64,000 bases of DNA from Octopus sinensis (taxonomy: Eukaryota): NCBI RefSeq assembly GCF_006345805.1, contig NC_043009.1:23808001-23872000 (forward strand), read 5' to 3'. The notes under the pieces were generated by a model. The model was not told where the DNA came from. It ran no database searches and saw only the letters and a list, made by a program, of their open reading frames with translations. The translations under genes were made by a program, and so were the position numbers. This document shows positions 1-11,543 of this stretch, piece by piece. How positions within the stretch are numbered: the first letter of the stretch is position 1; the number at the start of each line of letters is the position of its first letter.

Positions 1-644
1 ATCTGGAGACGGTGTGCGCCCTATAGTGCGATTACATGGAAAGGTAAATGCAGGAGTTTATAAACAACTTGTAAAAGATCATGTCTTGCCTGTGCTGAGA
101 AATTCAACTAAGCGATCACCCATATTCATGCAGGACAATGCCCCATGTCACAAGGCTAAGGTGGTCATGAACTTTCTCAAGGCTGAAAAGATTATTGTTA
201 TGGATTGGCCTGCTCCAAGCCCAGATCTTAATCCTATTGAAAATGTGTGGAATATTCTAGGAGAATGTTCGAAAGCTAGAAATCCTAAAACAACCGAGCA
301 ATTATGGAATGCCCTTCAGGAAGAATGGAATAAGATCACCCAGCAAGAAATTGAAAATTTAATTTCCTCATGCAGTCGAAGATGTCAAAGTGTGATTGAA
401 GCTAAAGGGCTTCACACTAAATATTAAATAATTCCAGTATTCTCTATCATTTTTGACTATTTTGTTATTTTTTTCAACCCTTCTGATCATTTTGGCCGCC
501 ATGGGTTTTGCAGTAAATCACTAAATCATCCATAACTTTTGTATTATCCTCTCAAATTACACCAAAATCTCAGACAATAATAATTAATATCGTATTTATT
601 GTCTGACGAAAACAATGTCGTTCTGAACATTTTGGCCGCAACTG
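1..644 (+). mobile_element. Tc1-family DNA transposon, 3' part: DDE transposase C-terminus (ORF 14-427) plus right TIR
   Basis: The ORF has the Tc1 motifs FMQDNAPCH and WPAPSPDLNPIENVW. The element ends in ttctgaacattttggccgcaactg followed by TA (645-646), and an inner copy of the TIR motif lies at 481-500. Confidence 0.92.
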
Positions 645-1187
645 TATGTTCTAGTTTCATTAATCATTGTTTTACGTCCTCTTTTACTACGTTAGTTTCG
701 GCCACCATTTCTCAAAGCATCCCAGGTTGATGCGGAAGAAAGCCCGCTTCTTATTTTGAGAGAGACAAAATTTTGAATGATATCTGGATGTTACAACATC
801 ATGGACATTAAAAAACATTGGTCTGGTTGAATTTAACGTGATTCTAAAATGCTTTTGCTGGTTGTTTTCTGCAAAAAAAAAAAAAAGAAAGCGAAGATTA
901 CTGCATGTTCCATGCATGTCGTATTTGTGAGTACCTTCTCATGTGTATCTCACTAATCATATTTTGATGTGTTTCTGAATATTTTTGCTTATATACTGTC
1001 ACGCTCCTTTTTACTTCGCTTTTCTAATTAGTCGATGAGGATTTTTATATAATTCACTTCCAAGTGCATTCGTTTTTGATTTTGTGTATGTCAATATATG
1101 TATGTATGGATGTATATATGTATGTATGTATATAAATATATATACATACACACACACACACATATAGATAGATATATGAAGGTATAT

Positions 1188-1372
1188 GGTTACGATTCCT
1201 GGACCGGGCGATGCGTTCTGTTCTTGAGCAAAACACTTCATGTTTCAGTCCATTCGGCTGTAAATGCGATGGACGGGCATTCCGTTCAAGGGGACCTCTG
1301 TGATCTCTGTTATTACATTTGTACACCATAGAAACTAGGTCACCGGCCATGCGATTCTCAAAGACTCAAGAC
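1188..1372 (+). mobile_element. 5'-truncated tRNA-derived SINE (family D, V/Meta-like central domain)
   Basis: B-box remnant ggttacgattcc, then gcgatggacgggcattccgttcaagggg...tagaaac, matching the fuller copies at 11009 and 46950. Confidence 0.7.
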
Positions 1373-1397
1373 ACTATTATGCAGGGCACTCACAATA

Positions 1398-2016
1398 CGA
1401 GGTCCGATCAATAAGTATCCGGACTGTTGCTATTATAACGAAGTTAAAGAACACAGAGTGAAGCTACTTGGTACAGATTGACTATGAACTCTGCTGTGCA
1501 TGCGCACTAAGTTTTAACGTTCTAGCTCACTTCCGCAGATGTGTGTGCAGCTGCGAGGGGAATCGTTGAATCACCATCCGTGAGTTATCAGAGGATGTTA
1601 TGTTTCAGTTAAGTCCATTATCATTAAAGATTTAGGTACGAGACGCATGCCTGCCAAGTTTGTGCCCAAACTACTTCCAGCTAACCAAAAAGAAACTCGA
1701 GTTTCAGTTGCTCAAGGTCTCTTTGATTGCATTGGGAACGGTGAAAACTTTTTGAAAACTTTTCATTGGCTTCTGAGCAAGTATCGCCGAGAATTTGGTA
1801 AAATTTGATGCAGATTCTCTGAGGTCAATGCAACGATTACACGCAACACTCGTTCCTTCCAAACACTGCTGAAAACAGTGGAAGTAAGCCAGAACGGTAA
1901 TATATAGTGTGCATGCACAGCAGAGTTCATAGTCAATCTGTGCCAAGCGGCTTTACTCCGCGTGCTTTAGCTTCGTCACTATGGCAACAGTCCGGATACT
2001 TATTGATCAGACCATG
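1398..2016. mobile_element. Non-autonomous mariner derivative with two left ends (fold-back)
   Basis: TA-flanked TIRs cgaggtccgatcaataagtatccggactgttgc / gcaacagtccggatacttattgatcagaccatg with inverted arms of about 150 bp. The plus strand carries a transposase remnant (DLGxRRxxAKFVPKLL); the minus strand carries the N-terminus (QRICIKF). Confidence 0.88.
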
Positions 2017-2059
2017 TATATAGGTGTAGGTAGATAGAAAATACATAGATAGACTGCAA

Positions 2060-2200
2060 GAACGTCTCTATACTGCTTACAGTATATAACGGGTGCAAAG
2101 TACATCGATTGACCAGCTAGAGGAGGCTTCCTCTTGGGATTCAAAGTAGTGGTAACGTCGGTTCGTACGGAACAGCCATGTTGGAATGGCGATAAACATT
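2060..2200 (+). repeat. 3' half of a ~240-bp dispersed repeat (full copies at 3259 and 35105)
   Basis: catcga..ctagaggaggcttcctct.ggg...gtacggaacag.catgttg recurs at 3398-3495. Confidence 0.8.
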
Positions 2201-2329
2201 ACTTCTCCGTATAGTTACAACTTTCATCTCTTATGGAGATTTTCTAACTAGCCACTTTGCTTGTTTCAAGACCAGTGACTGATTGTCGCTTGGTTTTCTG
2301 TATATTGCGAGCTGGGGTGAACTACAGCT

Positions 2330-3258
2330 ATCTCTAGCGGACAAGTATCCGCAAGACGAGCAAGGCCGGCAGCGGGAATACCACCTCGGTGTTCAATGGT
2401 GGGCTGGTAGAGGCAAAAAACGATGACGTCCTAGGCGGGGCTCTGGGGTTCGATGAGAACTAACATGCCAACCTGTTCCAAAAAACTTTTAGGCCGGTGT
2501 ATTTGGACAACTGACAAAAATCCCTGACCTGGCAGTGCTACAGGAACGCTTTACCTGTTCGCGATAAGTTATCCAGGCACGGAATTTCAGTGCCACCGAC
2601 GTGTCCAAGATGTGAGGTGGACAATGAAGCTGTCCAGCTCGCTTTTGTACAATGTCGGGAGCTATCTAGCTTGATAAGTTACGTTGAACATGTGTTGTCG
2701 CATGTGGTACGAGTACAGCTGTCGGCTGGATCTATAATAAAGATAATACCGCCAACGGGACTCTCAAAGGAAGGTAAGGCTTGTTTTTACTGTATGGTTG
2801 CAGTACTGAAAGAGTGTGTTTAAAGCACTAGAACGGGAGGTTCTGTGACAGGGTCCTTCATCTCTGGCCCCTGTTTGCTGTCTTACTTCAGATACCATCT
2901 GAAGAGCAAGATGGGGTTGGAGAGGAAGACCCTGCCACCGAATGAATACGAGAAACGATGGAAAAATGTGATGAGAAAAGTGGGTGTTAGTAACCCAGAT
3001 TAATCATTGATGCAAGGAAAAGATAGTTGCTGGGCCTTATAGGCTGCGGGGTTCGATCTTTCTGAACTTTTATTCGTTTTGTTTCTTTGTTTCCGTTTAA
3101 AAAAAGCTCTAGTTAAAAGTAAAAATTAATCGTTATATAAAATAATTTTTAAGTAAATTTTTAACTTAATGCTCATTCGAACTCATTTAATATTTTTGTA
3201 TTTGTTTGTCTTGTAATGTCCTTTTCTATGTACGATCAGTTTGATCATAATAAACATT
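2330..3258 (+). mobile_element. Tx1/L1-clade LINE, 3' fragment (zf-RVT region and 3' UTR)
   Basis: LTWQCYRNALPVRDKLSRHG...TCPRC is homologous to the element at 24150-24670. A T-rich UTR and AATAAA at about 3249 follow. Confidence 0.85.
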
Positions 3259-3495
3259 TTATCTCTAGGGGACAGGTGTCCAGCACCGAGGATGGGCAAA
3301 ACTAGCCCGAAACCGGACGGCCTATTGGTCCTGTCAAGTCGTTAGAATATGGTACGACTTCGCTCACCTACTAGCAATATATATTGGGAGCATATTTGCA
3401 TCGATAAGCACCTAGAGGAGGCTTCCTCTCGGGGTTAAAAATAGCAGTAACGTTGGTTTCGTACGGAACAGTCATGTTGAAGTGGCGACAAACAT
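3259..3495 (+). repeat. ~240-bp repeat with a degenerate hammerhead-like motif (PLE pseudo-LTR or retrozyme-like)
   Basis: ccgagga-t-gggc aaaacta gccc-gaaaccggac at about 3288-3321. A related copy at 35105 reads ctgagta...gaaaccagg. Confidence 0.6.
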
Positions 3496-3710
3496 AGATA
3501 GAGAGATAGATAAATAGATATATTTAGCAAGTGGCTAAGAAGTTCGCATTGCAGCCATATGGATCCGGGCTCGGTCCAACTGGCTGTCTGGAGTAAATGT
3601 CTGCTACTATATTCTCAGATCAACTAATAGCTTATAAGTAAAAAATGATATTAGATTAAATAGAACCCTATGAATTATTATTGATTAAAATGGAAAAAAA
3701 TTCAACTCAC

Positions 3711-3791
3711 CTACGATGAAATTGCATTCAATAGTATTCAGACGAATATGAATTGATAAAAACTCGACATAAACAAAAAATATGAGCGAGA
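3711..3791 (-). other. Candidate 81-nt exon of the minus-strand gene (alternative or 3' UTR)
   Basis: Acceptor tttctttttgttacag| and donor |gtgagt on the minus strand. Only the phase 1-1 frame is open (SLIFFVYVEFLSIHIRLNTIECNFIV). Confidence 0.3.
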
Positions 3792-3952
3792 CTGTAACAA
3801 AAAGAAACTGACATTGAAAGTATAATCAAGACTAATAGTTATATTATATTTAAGGCAACGAGCTGGCAGAATCGAAAACGGAGAAAAAGAAAGAAAGAGA
3901 GAAAGAGAGAGAGAGAGAGAGAAAGAGAAGAAGAGAAAGAGAAAGAAAAGGT

Positions 3953-4175
3953 TTAAGGCAACCAGCTGGCAGAATCGTTAGCACGCCGGGTAGAACGCTT
4001 GGCGGCATTTCGTCCGTGTTTACATTCTGAGTTCAATTTCCACCGAGGTCGACTTTGCCATCATCCATCTAAGGTCGCTAAAATATGTACCAGTTAAGCA
4101 CGGGTGTTAATTTAATCGACTTAGCCCCAAACTCGAAACTGCTGGTCTTGTGCCAAAATTTGAAACCAATATTGG
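3953..4175 (+). mobile_element. tRNA-derived SINE family B
   Basis: gctggcagaatcgttagcacgccggg...ttctgagttcaatttccaccgaggtcgactttgcc. Many copies occur in the window. Confidence 0.85.
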
Positions 4176-4324
4176 GGACATTTAGCCAAGATATTGTTTT
4201 TTAGGACAACCCCACCCGCCTTACCAGAAATAACTATTCTTAGTGAATTCAATGCCTTTACTTTCGCTTTCCATTCTTTGGCTCTGGGTACTGATATTGT
4301 GACAACTTTTACTATCCGCAACAA

Positions 4325-4359
4325 TTAGCTACCACGTGTCGCTATTTCGGCCAGAGAAG
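4325..4359 (-). CDS. Putative last coding exon of the minus-strand secreted peptide precursor: (A)SLAEIATRGS*
   Basis: Acceptor ttattttgttcag| (AG at 4360-4361). A phase-1 join with exon 6286-6453 gives ...GKKDYN-ASLAEIATRGS-TAA (stop 4325-4327). Confidence 0.55.
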
Positions 4360-4471
4360 CTGAACAAAATAACGATTCTTAGACAATTTCCTCGAATCCT
4401 TGTCCCTTCTAAATCTTACCATCTAACCTTTATTTTGCCGACCCAGCCAATGCTAAAGCACTACGCAGTCA

Positions 4472-4538
4472 CAGGCGGTGCCTGTGTGTGGTAAGGAGCT
4501 TGCTTCTCAACCACTGAAACAAGTAAAAGAATAAAAGA
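4472..4538 (+). mobile_element. Internally deleted SINE family A (head fused directly to tail)
   Basis: aggcgg..gtgtggtaaggagcttgcttctcaacca is joined to ctgaaacaagtaaaagaataaaag. Confidence 0.7.
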
Positions 4539-4559
4539 ATATATATGTATTCTCGCTCT

Positions 4560-5120
4560 CTCTCTCTCTTCTCCTCCTCCTTTGTTCCTTGTTCCCCTTT
4601 TTTCTCTCTTCTCCCCCTCCTTAATTCCTCTGTCCCTGTTTTCCTCTCTCTTCTCCTGACTGACCGATTGCCTGACTGACTGACTGACCGATTGCCGGCC
4701 TTTCGTGCTTAGCAGTCGTCGCGGCAAGACACATTTTTTCTCTCTCTGCCCTAAGGCATTTTTCTAACATGCCAGCTGAAAGTTTACTCGTCCTGTCAAA
4801 AGACGCCTGTCTGTGACGTCCTGTTTTTGTTATTATTATTATCATTATTGTTTTTATGTATTTGAATTCTTATTCGTGTAACATCGTCCGTTTTTCCGTC
4901 CTTGTTTTGTATATATTCGAGGCATTCTTCCAAGGAATCTAATGCGCTTGGCTTAGATTTCCTTTGGGGCTGGCCAGATCGGAGCAATCTCAAGATTAAT
5001 CAGCCGAAATTGCGAGGATGATCCGTTCTTGACTGAAAGATGAAGGCTTCGAATGTCCCGCCCCGCCGTTTTTTTGTATCGTCTTCTAAATTTTTGCGTT
5101 CTTGTCCCAGTTGTATTTTT
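4560..5120 (+). repeat. Probable PLE pseudo-LTR / 3' region repeat
   Basis: A pyrimidine tract precedes a conserved block ending tgtatcgtc...ttttgcgttcttgtccc. That end recurs reversed at 8830-8920 and resembles the repeat at 25070-26030. Confidence 0.4.
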
Positions 5121-5188
5121 TTACACACACACACACCACACACACACAGGCACACACACACACACACACACACACACCAACCACACAC

Positions 5189-5222
<34 letters not shown>

Positions 5223-5624
5223 CACACACAACACACACAACACATATATATATATATATTATATATATACGTGAGGGTACCCAAAAGAGATCGGAAATTT
5301 GCAATATTATTTTATTCACTTAGCTTTATAGGTTTATACTTTTACCACCTTCAAAGTATTCTCCATTTAAAGCAATGCATTGGTCCAAACACTTTTTCCA
5401 CAGTTCGAAGAAGTCCTGGAACTCTTGCGAAGTGATGCCTTTTAACGTCTACATCGTTTATAAGTCGTAACAATGAAGTTAAACCAAAACAAATAAGTGA
5501 TATTTTGAAATCGTTTAGTACGTACGTTCAAGACTTGTGTACTCTATAATTGGAAATGCAAGCATTTACGTAACTTCCTCCAGTTAACAGGCTGAAATAT
5601 ATATATATATATATATATAATATA

Positions 5625-5927
5625 TCACGTGACCGACCAGACTTTCAGATGTTGCTACACATCGCTGGTCACAATGCGCTTTGCATTGTTTTAGCCTTCA
5701 AATGACGCTACTGCGCTGGCTAAGCGAGCAGGCCAACAGAAGAAAGTGTGAGAGAAAGTTGCGGCGAAAGAGTACAGCAGGGATGACCCCCACCTCCTGC
5801 CGGAGCCTCGTGAAGCATTAGGTGTTTTCGCTCAATAAACACTCACAACGCCTGGTCTGGGAATCGAAACCGCGATCCCACGACCGCGAGTTCGCTGCCC
5901 TAACCACTGGGCCATTACGCCTCCACG
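5625..5927 (-). mobile_element. tRNA-derived SINE family E (family D head, different tail)
   Basis: The minus strand begins ggaggcgtaatggcccagtggttagggcagcg; the tail contains gcgcattgtgaccagcgatgtgtagcaacatc. A partial copy lies at 14727-14848. Confidence 0.85.
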
Positions 5928-6228
<301 letters not shown>

Positions 6229-6285
6229 AAATTAGATAGTAGATAGGCAAGATGGATAGATGATCGGTAAATTTAAGATTCTTAC

Positions 6286-6453
6286 CATTATAATCCTTTT
6301 TGCCTGAAGTCACTGGAAATAAACAGGTATTAATGAATCCTTCAGTTTTGCAAGGTAGTCTTTTCTGAGTGAAATCAATATCTGCACTCTTATCCATGCG
6401 TCTAATCTTCTTTGAGAACTTCTCTTTTATGAAGATAGAAGCAAATGCTTGTT
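6286..6453 (-). CDS. Internal 168-nt exon of a secreted peptide precursor: (E)[55 protein letters not shown]
   Basis: Acceptor gtatttttttttattag| (AG at 6454-6455), donor |gtaaga (GT at 6284-6285). The length is divisible by 3, the phase 1-1 frame is open, the sequence is unique, and a two-Cys segment is flanked by KR and GKK. Confidence 0.75.
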
Positions 6454-6544
6454 CTAATAAAAAAAATACAACAAAAACGGTATTATTAATAACACGATTA
6501 TCAAAACGAGGAATAAAAACCAAGCGTAGTACTATTGGTTTAGA

Positions 6545-6970
6545 ATGTTGGCACAAGGCCTAGAATTTCGGAGGAGGTAGGGTAAGTCGATTACATCGAC
6601 CTCAGTCTCCAACTGATAATTATTTTATCGACCCCAGAAGGATGAAAGGCAGAGTCGACATCAGCAGGATTTGAACTCAGAGCATAAAGACTGACGAAAT
6701 GTCGCTAAGCATTTTTGCCCGACTCGCTTGCGATTCTGCCAGCGAGCCGTATTGCATTATTCTTTTCAAATTTTGGCACAAGGTCACCAATTCTGGGGAA
6801 GTGGGGCTAGATCAATTACATAAACCCCGGTACTCAACTCGTACTTATTTTATTGACCCCGAAAGGATGAAAGGCAACGTCGACCTCGGCAGAATTTGAA
6901 CCCAGCACATAGCGACGGGTTAAATACCGCTAAGTATTTTGTCCGGCGAACTAACGTTTCTGCCAGTTCT
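6545..6970 (-). mobile_element. Two tandem SINE family B copies
   Basis: Two successive reverse copies of ...gtcgacctcggcagaatttgaacc... Confidence 0.85.
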
Positions 6971-7015
6971 CTCCCTTGGATAGTATTGATAATAATGAGT
7001 ATAATAAATCCTTGT

Positions 7016-7250
7016 GGTGGCGCATGGCCTAGTGGTTAGAGCTGCCGACACGCGGTCGAGGGATCGCGGGTTCGAATCTCAGACCGGGTGATGTGTGTGT
7101 TTATGAGCGAAGCACCTAAGGTAATGGCGAACTTCTGCTGACTCTTTCACCACAACTTACTCTCACTCTTTCCTCCTGTATCTTGCAGCTCACCTACTGG
7201 GGAACCTATACGCCAAGGAAACCGGGAAACCGGTCCTTATGAGTCAGGCA
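7016..7250 (+). mobile_element. SINE family D
   Basis: A box tggcctagtggttag, B box gggttcgaatctc, tail gaaaccgggaaaccgg. Confidence 0.85.
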
Positions 7251-7269
7251 AATTCCAAGCCCTCCGCTA

Positions 7270-7930
7270 CCAGCTAATTGGTGCTCAGAAGTCACAACAA
7301 CGATACTTTGGACCAAAAGGAGCGGAAATCCTAGAATCACATACGGTGCGTGATCTTGGGAATTATAAAAGCAACGATGCTTTCTTTTCATATGCACGTC
7401 ACCAAGATGGTGGCAGTGTGCAGGCGAATGGCCGGATGGATTTTGAGAGCCTCCAGAACAAGGGACCAGGAAACTATGCTGATCTAATGGAGGACATTTG
7501 TCCTCAGCTGTCTGGACTACTGCTCTCAGTTGTTGTCCCCTTACACTGTAGCATTAATAGCAGAACTTGAGGCGGTTCAGAGATATTACACGAAGAAGAT
7601 TGTATCAATGGGACAGCTGAGCTAGTGGGAGAGACTGAAAGAGCTACGATTCTACTCCCTGGAGTGAAGATGGTAGAGGTATGCACTGATATATGTGTGG
7701 AAGATACTGGAGGTTGCTGGCACCAAACTTTGGAATTGAGGGTTATACCAGACCTCGAAATAAACGTCACTGCACTGTTCCAAAAGTCCCAGCAGTCTCA
7801 TCAAAGGCGAGTACCATGTACTGCAATAACTTGGGATTTAAGGGACCAAAGCTATTTAACTTCTTGCAAAACATCTCAGGGATCTCCATGGAGTGGGGGT
7901 AGATGAACCAATATCAAATGACAATTACAA
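7270..7930 (+). mobile_element. CR1/L2-group LINE, C-terminal ORF2 fragment
   Basis: Broken frame LDYCSQLLSPY..ELEAVQRYYTKKI...WERLKELRFYSLE...IYVWKILE. Confidence 0.8.
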
Positions 7931-7994
7931 GGTGATTACACTGGCGGTACCCCAGTATGGCCGCAGTCTCAGGACTGAAACATGTATATATATA

Positions 7995-8220
7995 TATATT
8001 GACCTTTCTACTTCCGATCTTTCAATATGTGACCTCGTGAGTACCGCTGCCGATTTTTTTTCCTCTGTCTTCCCTTCTATGTTTCCGACGAAGAGCTCCG
8101 CTCGAAAGGTTAAGCCGTCCTTCTTCCCTTCTTTCCTGAGCATCCAATAATACTTTATTTGTTCCACGTCTTCGCGTTGCTGTGTTTTTTTTTTTTTTGT
8201 GTTTTCTTGTTTGGATTAAC
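7995..8220 (+). repeat. PLE pseudo-LTR with a degenerate minimal hammerhead (8081-8115)
   Basis: gttt-ccgacga-a-gagc tcc gctc-gaa-aggt-t-aagc. Same family as 10680-10850. Confidence 0.7.
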
Positions 8221-8250
8221 TTTATATGTATATATGCATATATATATATA

Positions 8251-8290
<40 letters not shown>

Positions 8291-8803
8291 TATATATTAT
8301 ATAGATATATATATTATATATATTTATATCTTTTATTAAACTTTTAATACTTTGATATATATTTAAAATAATATAAATTAATTAATTTTATGTATTGCTT
8401 ACGTTTTTCATTGTTTGATTTGCCTAATAGTGGTTTTATCTCTAATTTAATATAACATTATATATATATATACATATGTACACTACACACATATATAAAC
8501 GGGGCAGCAAATTCGCTGCAACACCAAATGTTGAACGGAGTCCCACACATAAAGGACAATAGCAGGACGGGTCGGAACGAAAGTTATACAGAATGAAGTT
8601 TAATATCATATCCATCTTCTCGTTACTTAATTAATATAATTACCCTAACTGACACTGTGGAGTTCGTGGAGTAGATCCAACGAAAGTATAGCACGACTGC
8701 GGAGGACACCTGGTAGACTAAACTGCATCGGTGCTTTACTCAACATTTAAACACACTGATCGACTTATACCTATTAGTCCAAAATATTTATCATATATAT
8801 GTA

Positions 8804-8844
<41 letters not shown>

Positions 8845-8928
8845 CAAAATGGGACAAGATCGCAAAACATCCGGAAAACTAAGCGATACAAAAAGTGACA
8901 ACAAAACATGCAGATAGACTACACACAT

Positions 8929-8962
<34 letters not shown>

Positions 8963-8980
8963 ACACACACAGATATATAT

Positions 8981-9009
<29 letters not shown>

Positions 9010-9012
<3 letters not shown>

Positions 9013-9250
9013 AAATAGTAAAAAGTGAAAAAACTACAGAAGGCTTAAAGGTTAAAAAATATATATATTTGCGTCAATATGTCTGAAGAATAAAAAAAAA
9101 ATTTTTCCTTACAATGACATAGTTTAGAAGAAAGACCGGTTTCGCGTTTAGCTTTTCAATTTTTTAATATTCTTCAAACATATTGACGCAAATATATATA
9201 TTTTTTTACCGTTAAGCCTTCTGTAGCTTTTTCACTTTTTACTATTTTCT
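9010..9250. repeat. Fold-back PLE pseudo-LTR remnant (arms about 9010-9092 and 9168-9250)
   Basis: Inverted arms read directly; the spacer carries a hammerhead on the minus strand. Confidence 0.85.
9131..9162 (-). ncRNA. Minimal type I hammerhead ribozyme motif, U3-A8 core variant
   Basis: The minus strand reads aaa-TTGAAAA-gc taaac gc-GAA-ACCGGT-C-ttt: stem I aaa/ttt, a G10.1-C11.1 pair, a palindromic stem III and a GUC site. Confidence 0.65.
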
Positions 9251-9486
9251 ATATATTCCACCACGTGCTTTCACAAACCAACTTTCTTATCTATATATAT
9301 ATATATTTGTATAAATCTATGAATAACATGCGAACTACGGTATGATAAAACTTTTACTTTACCATTGGAAATAGTTATATAAGAGTTTTCAATGGTTTAA
9401 ATATCATACTACATTCTTTTCGTTATTTATAAGTGTATGCACGCTTTATGATTTTCTCTATATGTTTTGTACAATTATACATTAAG

Positions 9487-9564
<78 letters not shown>

Positions 9565-9566
<2 letters not shown>

Positions 9567-9868
9567 TCTTTTACTCTTTTACTTGTTTCGATCATTTGAT
9601 TGCGGCCATGCTGGAGCACGGCCTTTGCACACCACACACACACCCACACGAACACACACCACACGAAAACACAACACACACGAACACACACACATAATAT
9701 ATATATACGACAGACTTCTTTCAGTTTCCGTCTACCAGATACACCCACAAGGCTTTAGTCGGCCTGAGGCTATAGTAGAAGACACTTGCCCAAGGTGCCA
9801 TGCAGTGGGACTGAACCCGGAACCATGTGGTTGGTAACCAAGGTGATTACCGCACAGCCACTCCTGCG

Positions 9869-9872
<4 letters not shown>
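9565..9872 (-). mobile_element. SINE family A, internally deleted
   Basis: Reverse copy of ggcgcaggagtggctg...cttgggcaagtgtcttctactatagcctc...gacggaaactgaaagaag. Confidence 0.9.
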
Positions 9873-9913
<41 letters not shown>

Positions 9914-10271
9914 ATATATATATACTACATCATACACACACACACACAACACACACACCACACATATATATTATTACATACATACATACATACATATATA
10001 TATATGTATATGTATATATGTAGCAACGTAAGTGTTTCTAACTCCCTTGTTTATAATTTGTGAATTCATAGTTTTCCGTTTTGATAAAAATCTTCACACT
10101 ACTGCCTATATTAATCACACAGATACACACAGATACACACACACACCACACATACACACACACAAACACACACACACTCACACACACATATATATATGTA
10201 TGTATATATATATATATTATATATATATATATACATATGTGTATATATATTATATTTGGTATATTTATATA

Positions 10272-10304
<33 letters not shown>

Positions 10305-10424
10305 GTTTATATATTTAAAATTGGAATGACCAATTTTAGATACCGTTGGATCTTACTCATAAGGTATTGGAATCTTACATATTTACCATTCTGCCTAAAA
10401 AATGGATTTACAAATTGAATATCC

Positions 10425-10605
10425 CTACATATCTCACACCTATTTTCTTTCCTCCACCTCACTCTCTATTTTGTATCCCATCTAAATTAATTATTACTTA
10501 ACCATCCTCTCGCATCGTCTCCGATGAAAGGATATAATTATTAAATATCCTGGAAACAGCTGTAAGACCTTCTATCTATAAATGATCTAATATCTACACA
10601 GCCTT
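10425..10605 (+). repeat. PLE pseudo-LTR with hammerhead motif (10517-10568)
   Basis: gtct-CCGATGA-a-aggatat..atatcct-g-GAA-ACAGCTGT-A-agac. Same family as 57549-57953. Confidence 0.7.
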
Positions 10606-10632
10606 GGGTTTTTTTTTTATCTCATTACGCAA

Positions 10633-10678
<46 letters not shown>

Positions 10679-10756
10679 TCAAAATGTGACCGCGCGTGTA
10701 CCGTTGGCGATTTTTTTCCCTCCGTCTTCCCTTCTCTGGATCTTTCCTTTTCCTAT

Positions 10757-10791
10757 GTTTCTGACGAAGAGCCCCGCTCGAAACGTTAAAC
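10757..10791 (+). ncRNA. Minimal type I hammerhead ribozyme motif in a PLE pseudo-LTR (10680-10850)
   Basis: gttt-CTGACGA-a-gagc ccc gctc-GAA-ACGT-T-aaac: 4-bp stem I, palindromic ACGT stem III, GUU site. Confidence 0.7.
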
Positions 10792-11008
10792 CCTGTTCCA
10801 CGTCTTCGCGTTGTTGTGTTTTCTCTTTTTGTTTTCATGTTTGGATTAACTTTATATATATAAATATATATATATGACATTGTGAGACTTATAATCCGGT
10901 GTAGAACTCAATACAAGTATGTTTCAGAACGAAGTTGTAGCTGAGCATAGAGCGGTAATAAGAAAATGAGATGACAAAGGGGTAAATTGCTATTTTATGA
11001 ACTACATT

Positions 11009-11327
11009 GGAGGCGCAATGGCCCAGTGGTTAGGGCAGCGGACTCGCGGTTAGGGGATCGCGGTTTCGATTTCCAGACCAGGCGTTGTGTGTGTTTATTG
11101 AGCGAAAGCACCTAAAGCTCCACGGAGCTCCGGCAGGGGGTGGTGGCGATCCCTGTTGTACTGTTTCGCCCCAACTTTCTCTCACTCTCTCTTCCTGTTT
11201 CTTGAGTAACGCTGCGATAGACTGACGTGCCGTCCAGCTGGGGGTGGGAGGAAAACATACGCCATAGAAACCGGGAAACTGGGCCCATGAACTTGGCTAG
11301 GCTTGAAAAGGGTGCATAAATAAATAA
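11009..11327 (+). mobile_element. Full-length SINE family D with a 12-bp target-site duplication
   Basis: TSD atgaactacatt at 10997-11008 and 11328-11339; A/B boxes; (TAAA)n tail. Confidence 0.95.
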
Positions 11328-11543
11328 ATGAACTACATTAGCCTACAGCTGTTCTGTAAGAAAACATGGTGGACTCATAGTTGACACTCACACGCACATA
11401 TACACATACAAATACACACGCACATACACATAACCCCCCAAACATAATACACACACACACGCATGCATACAGCACACATGTATTGATGAAAATATGCATA
11501 GACGAAAAAGAAACCAAAGAAAAAGAAAAAGAATTCATAATAC

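Noticed and set aside
687-998. ORF ending LGCFEKWW (piggyBac C-terminus-like) and a second Tc1-like end near 970-998
   Set aside because: The cysteine pattern, TTAA and a matching partner end are all missing; the resemblance is too short.
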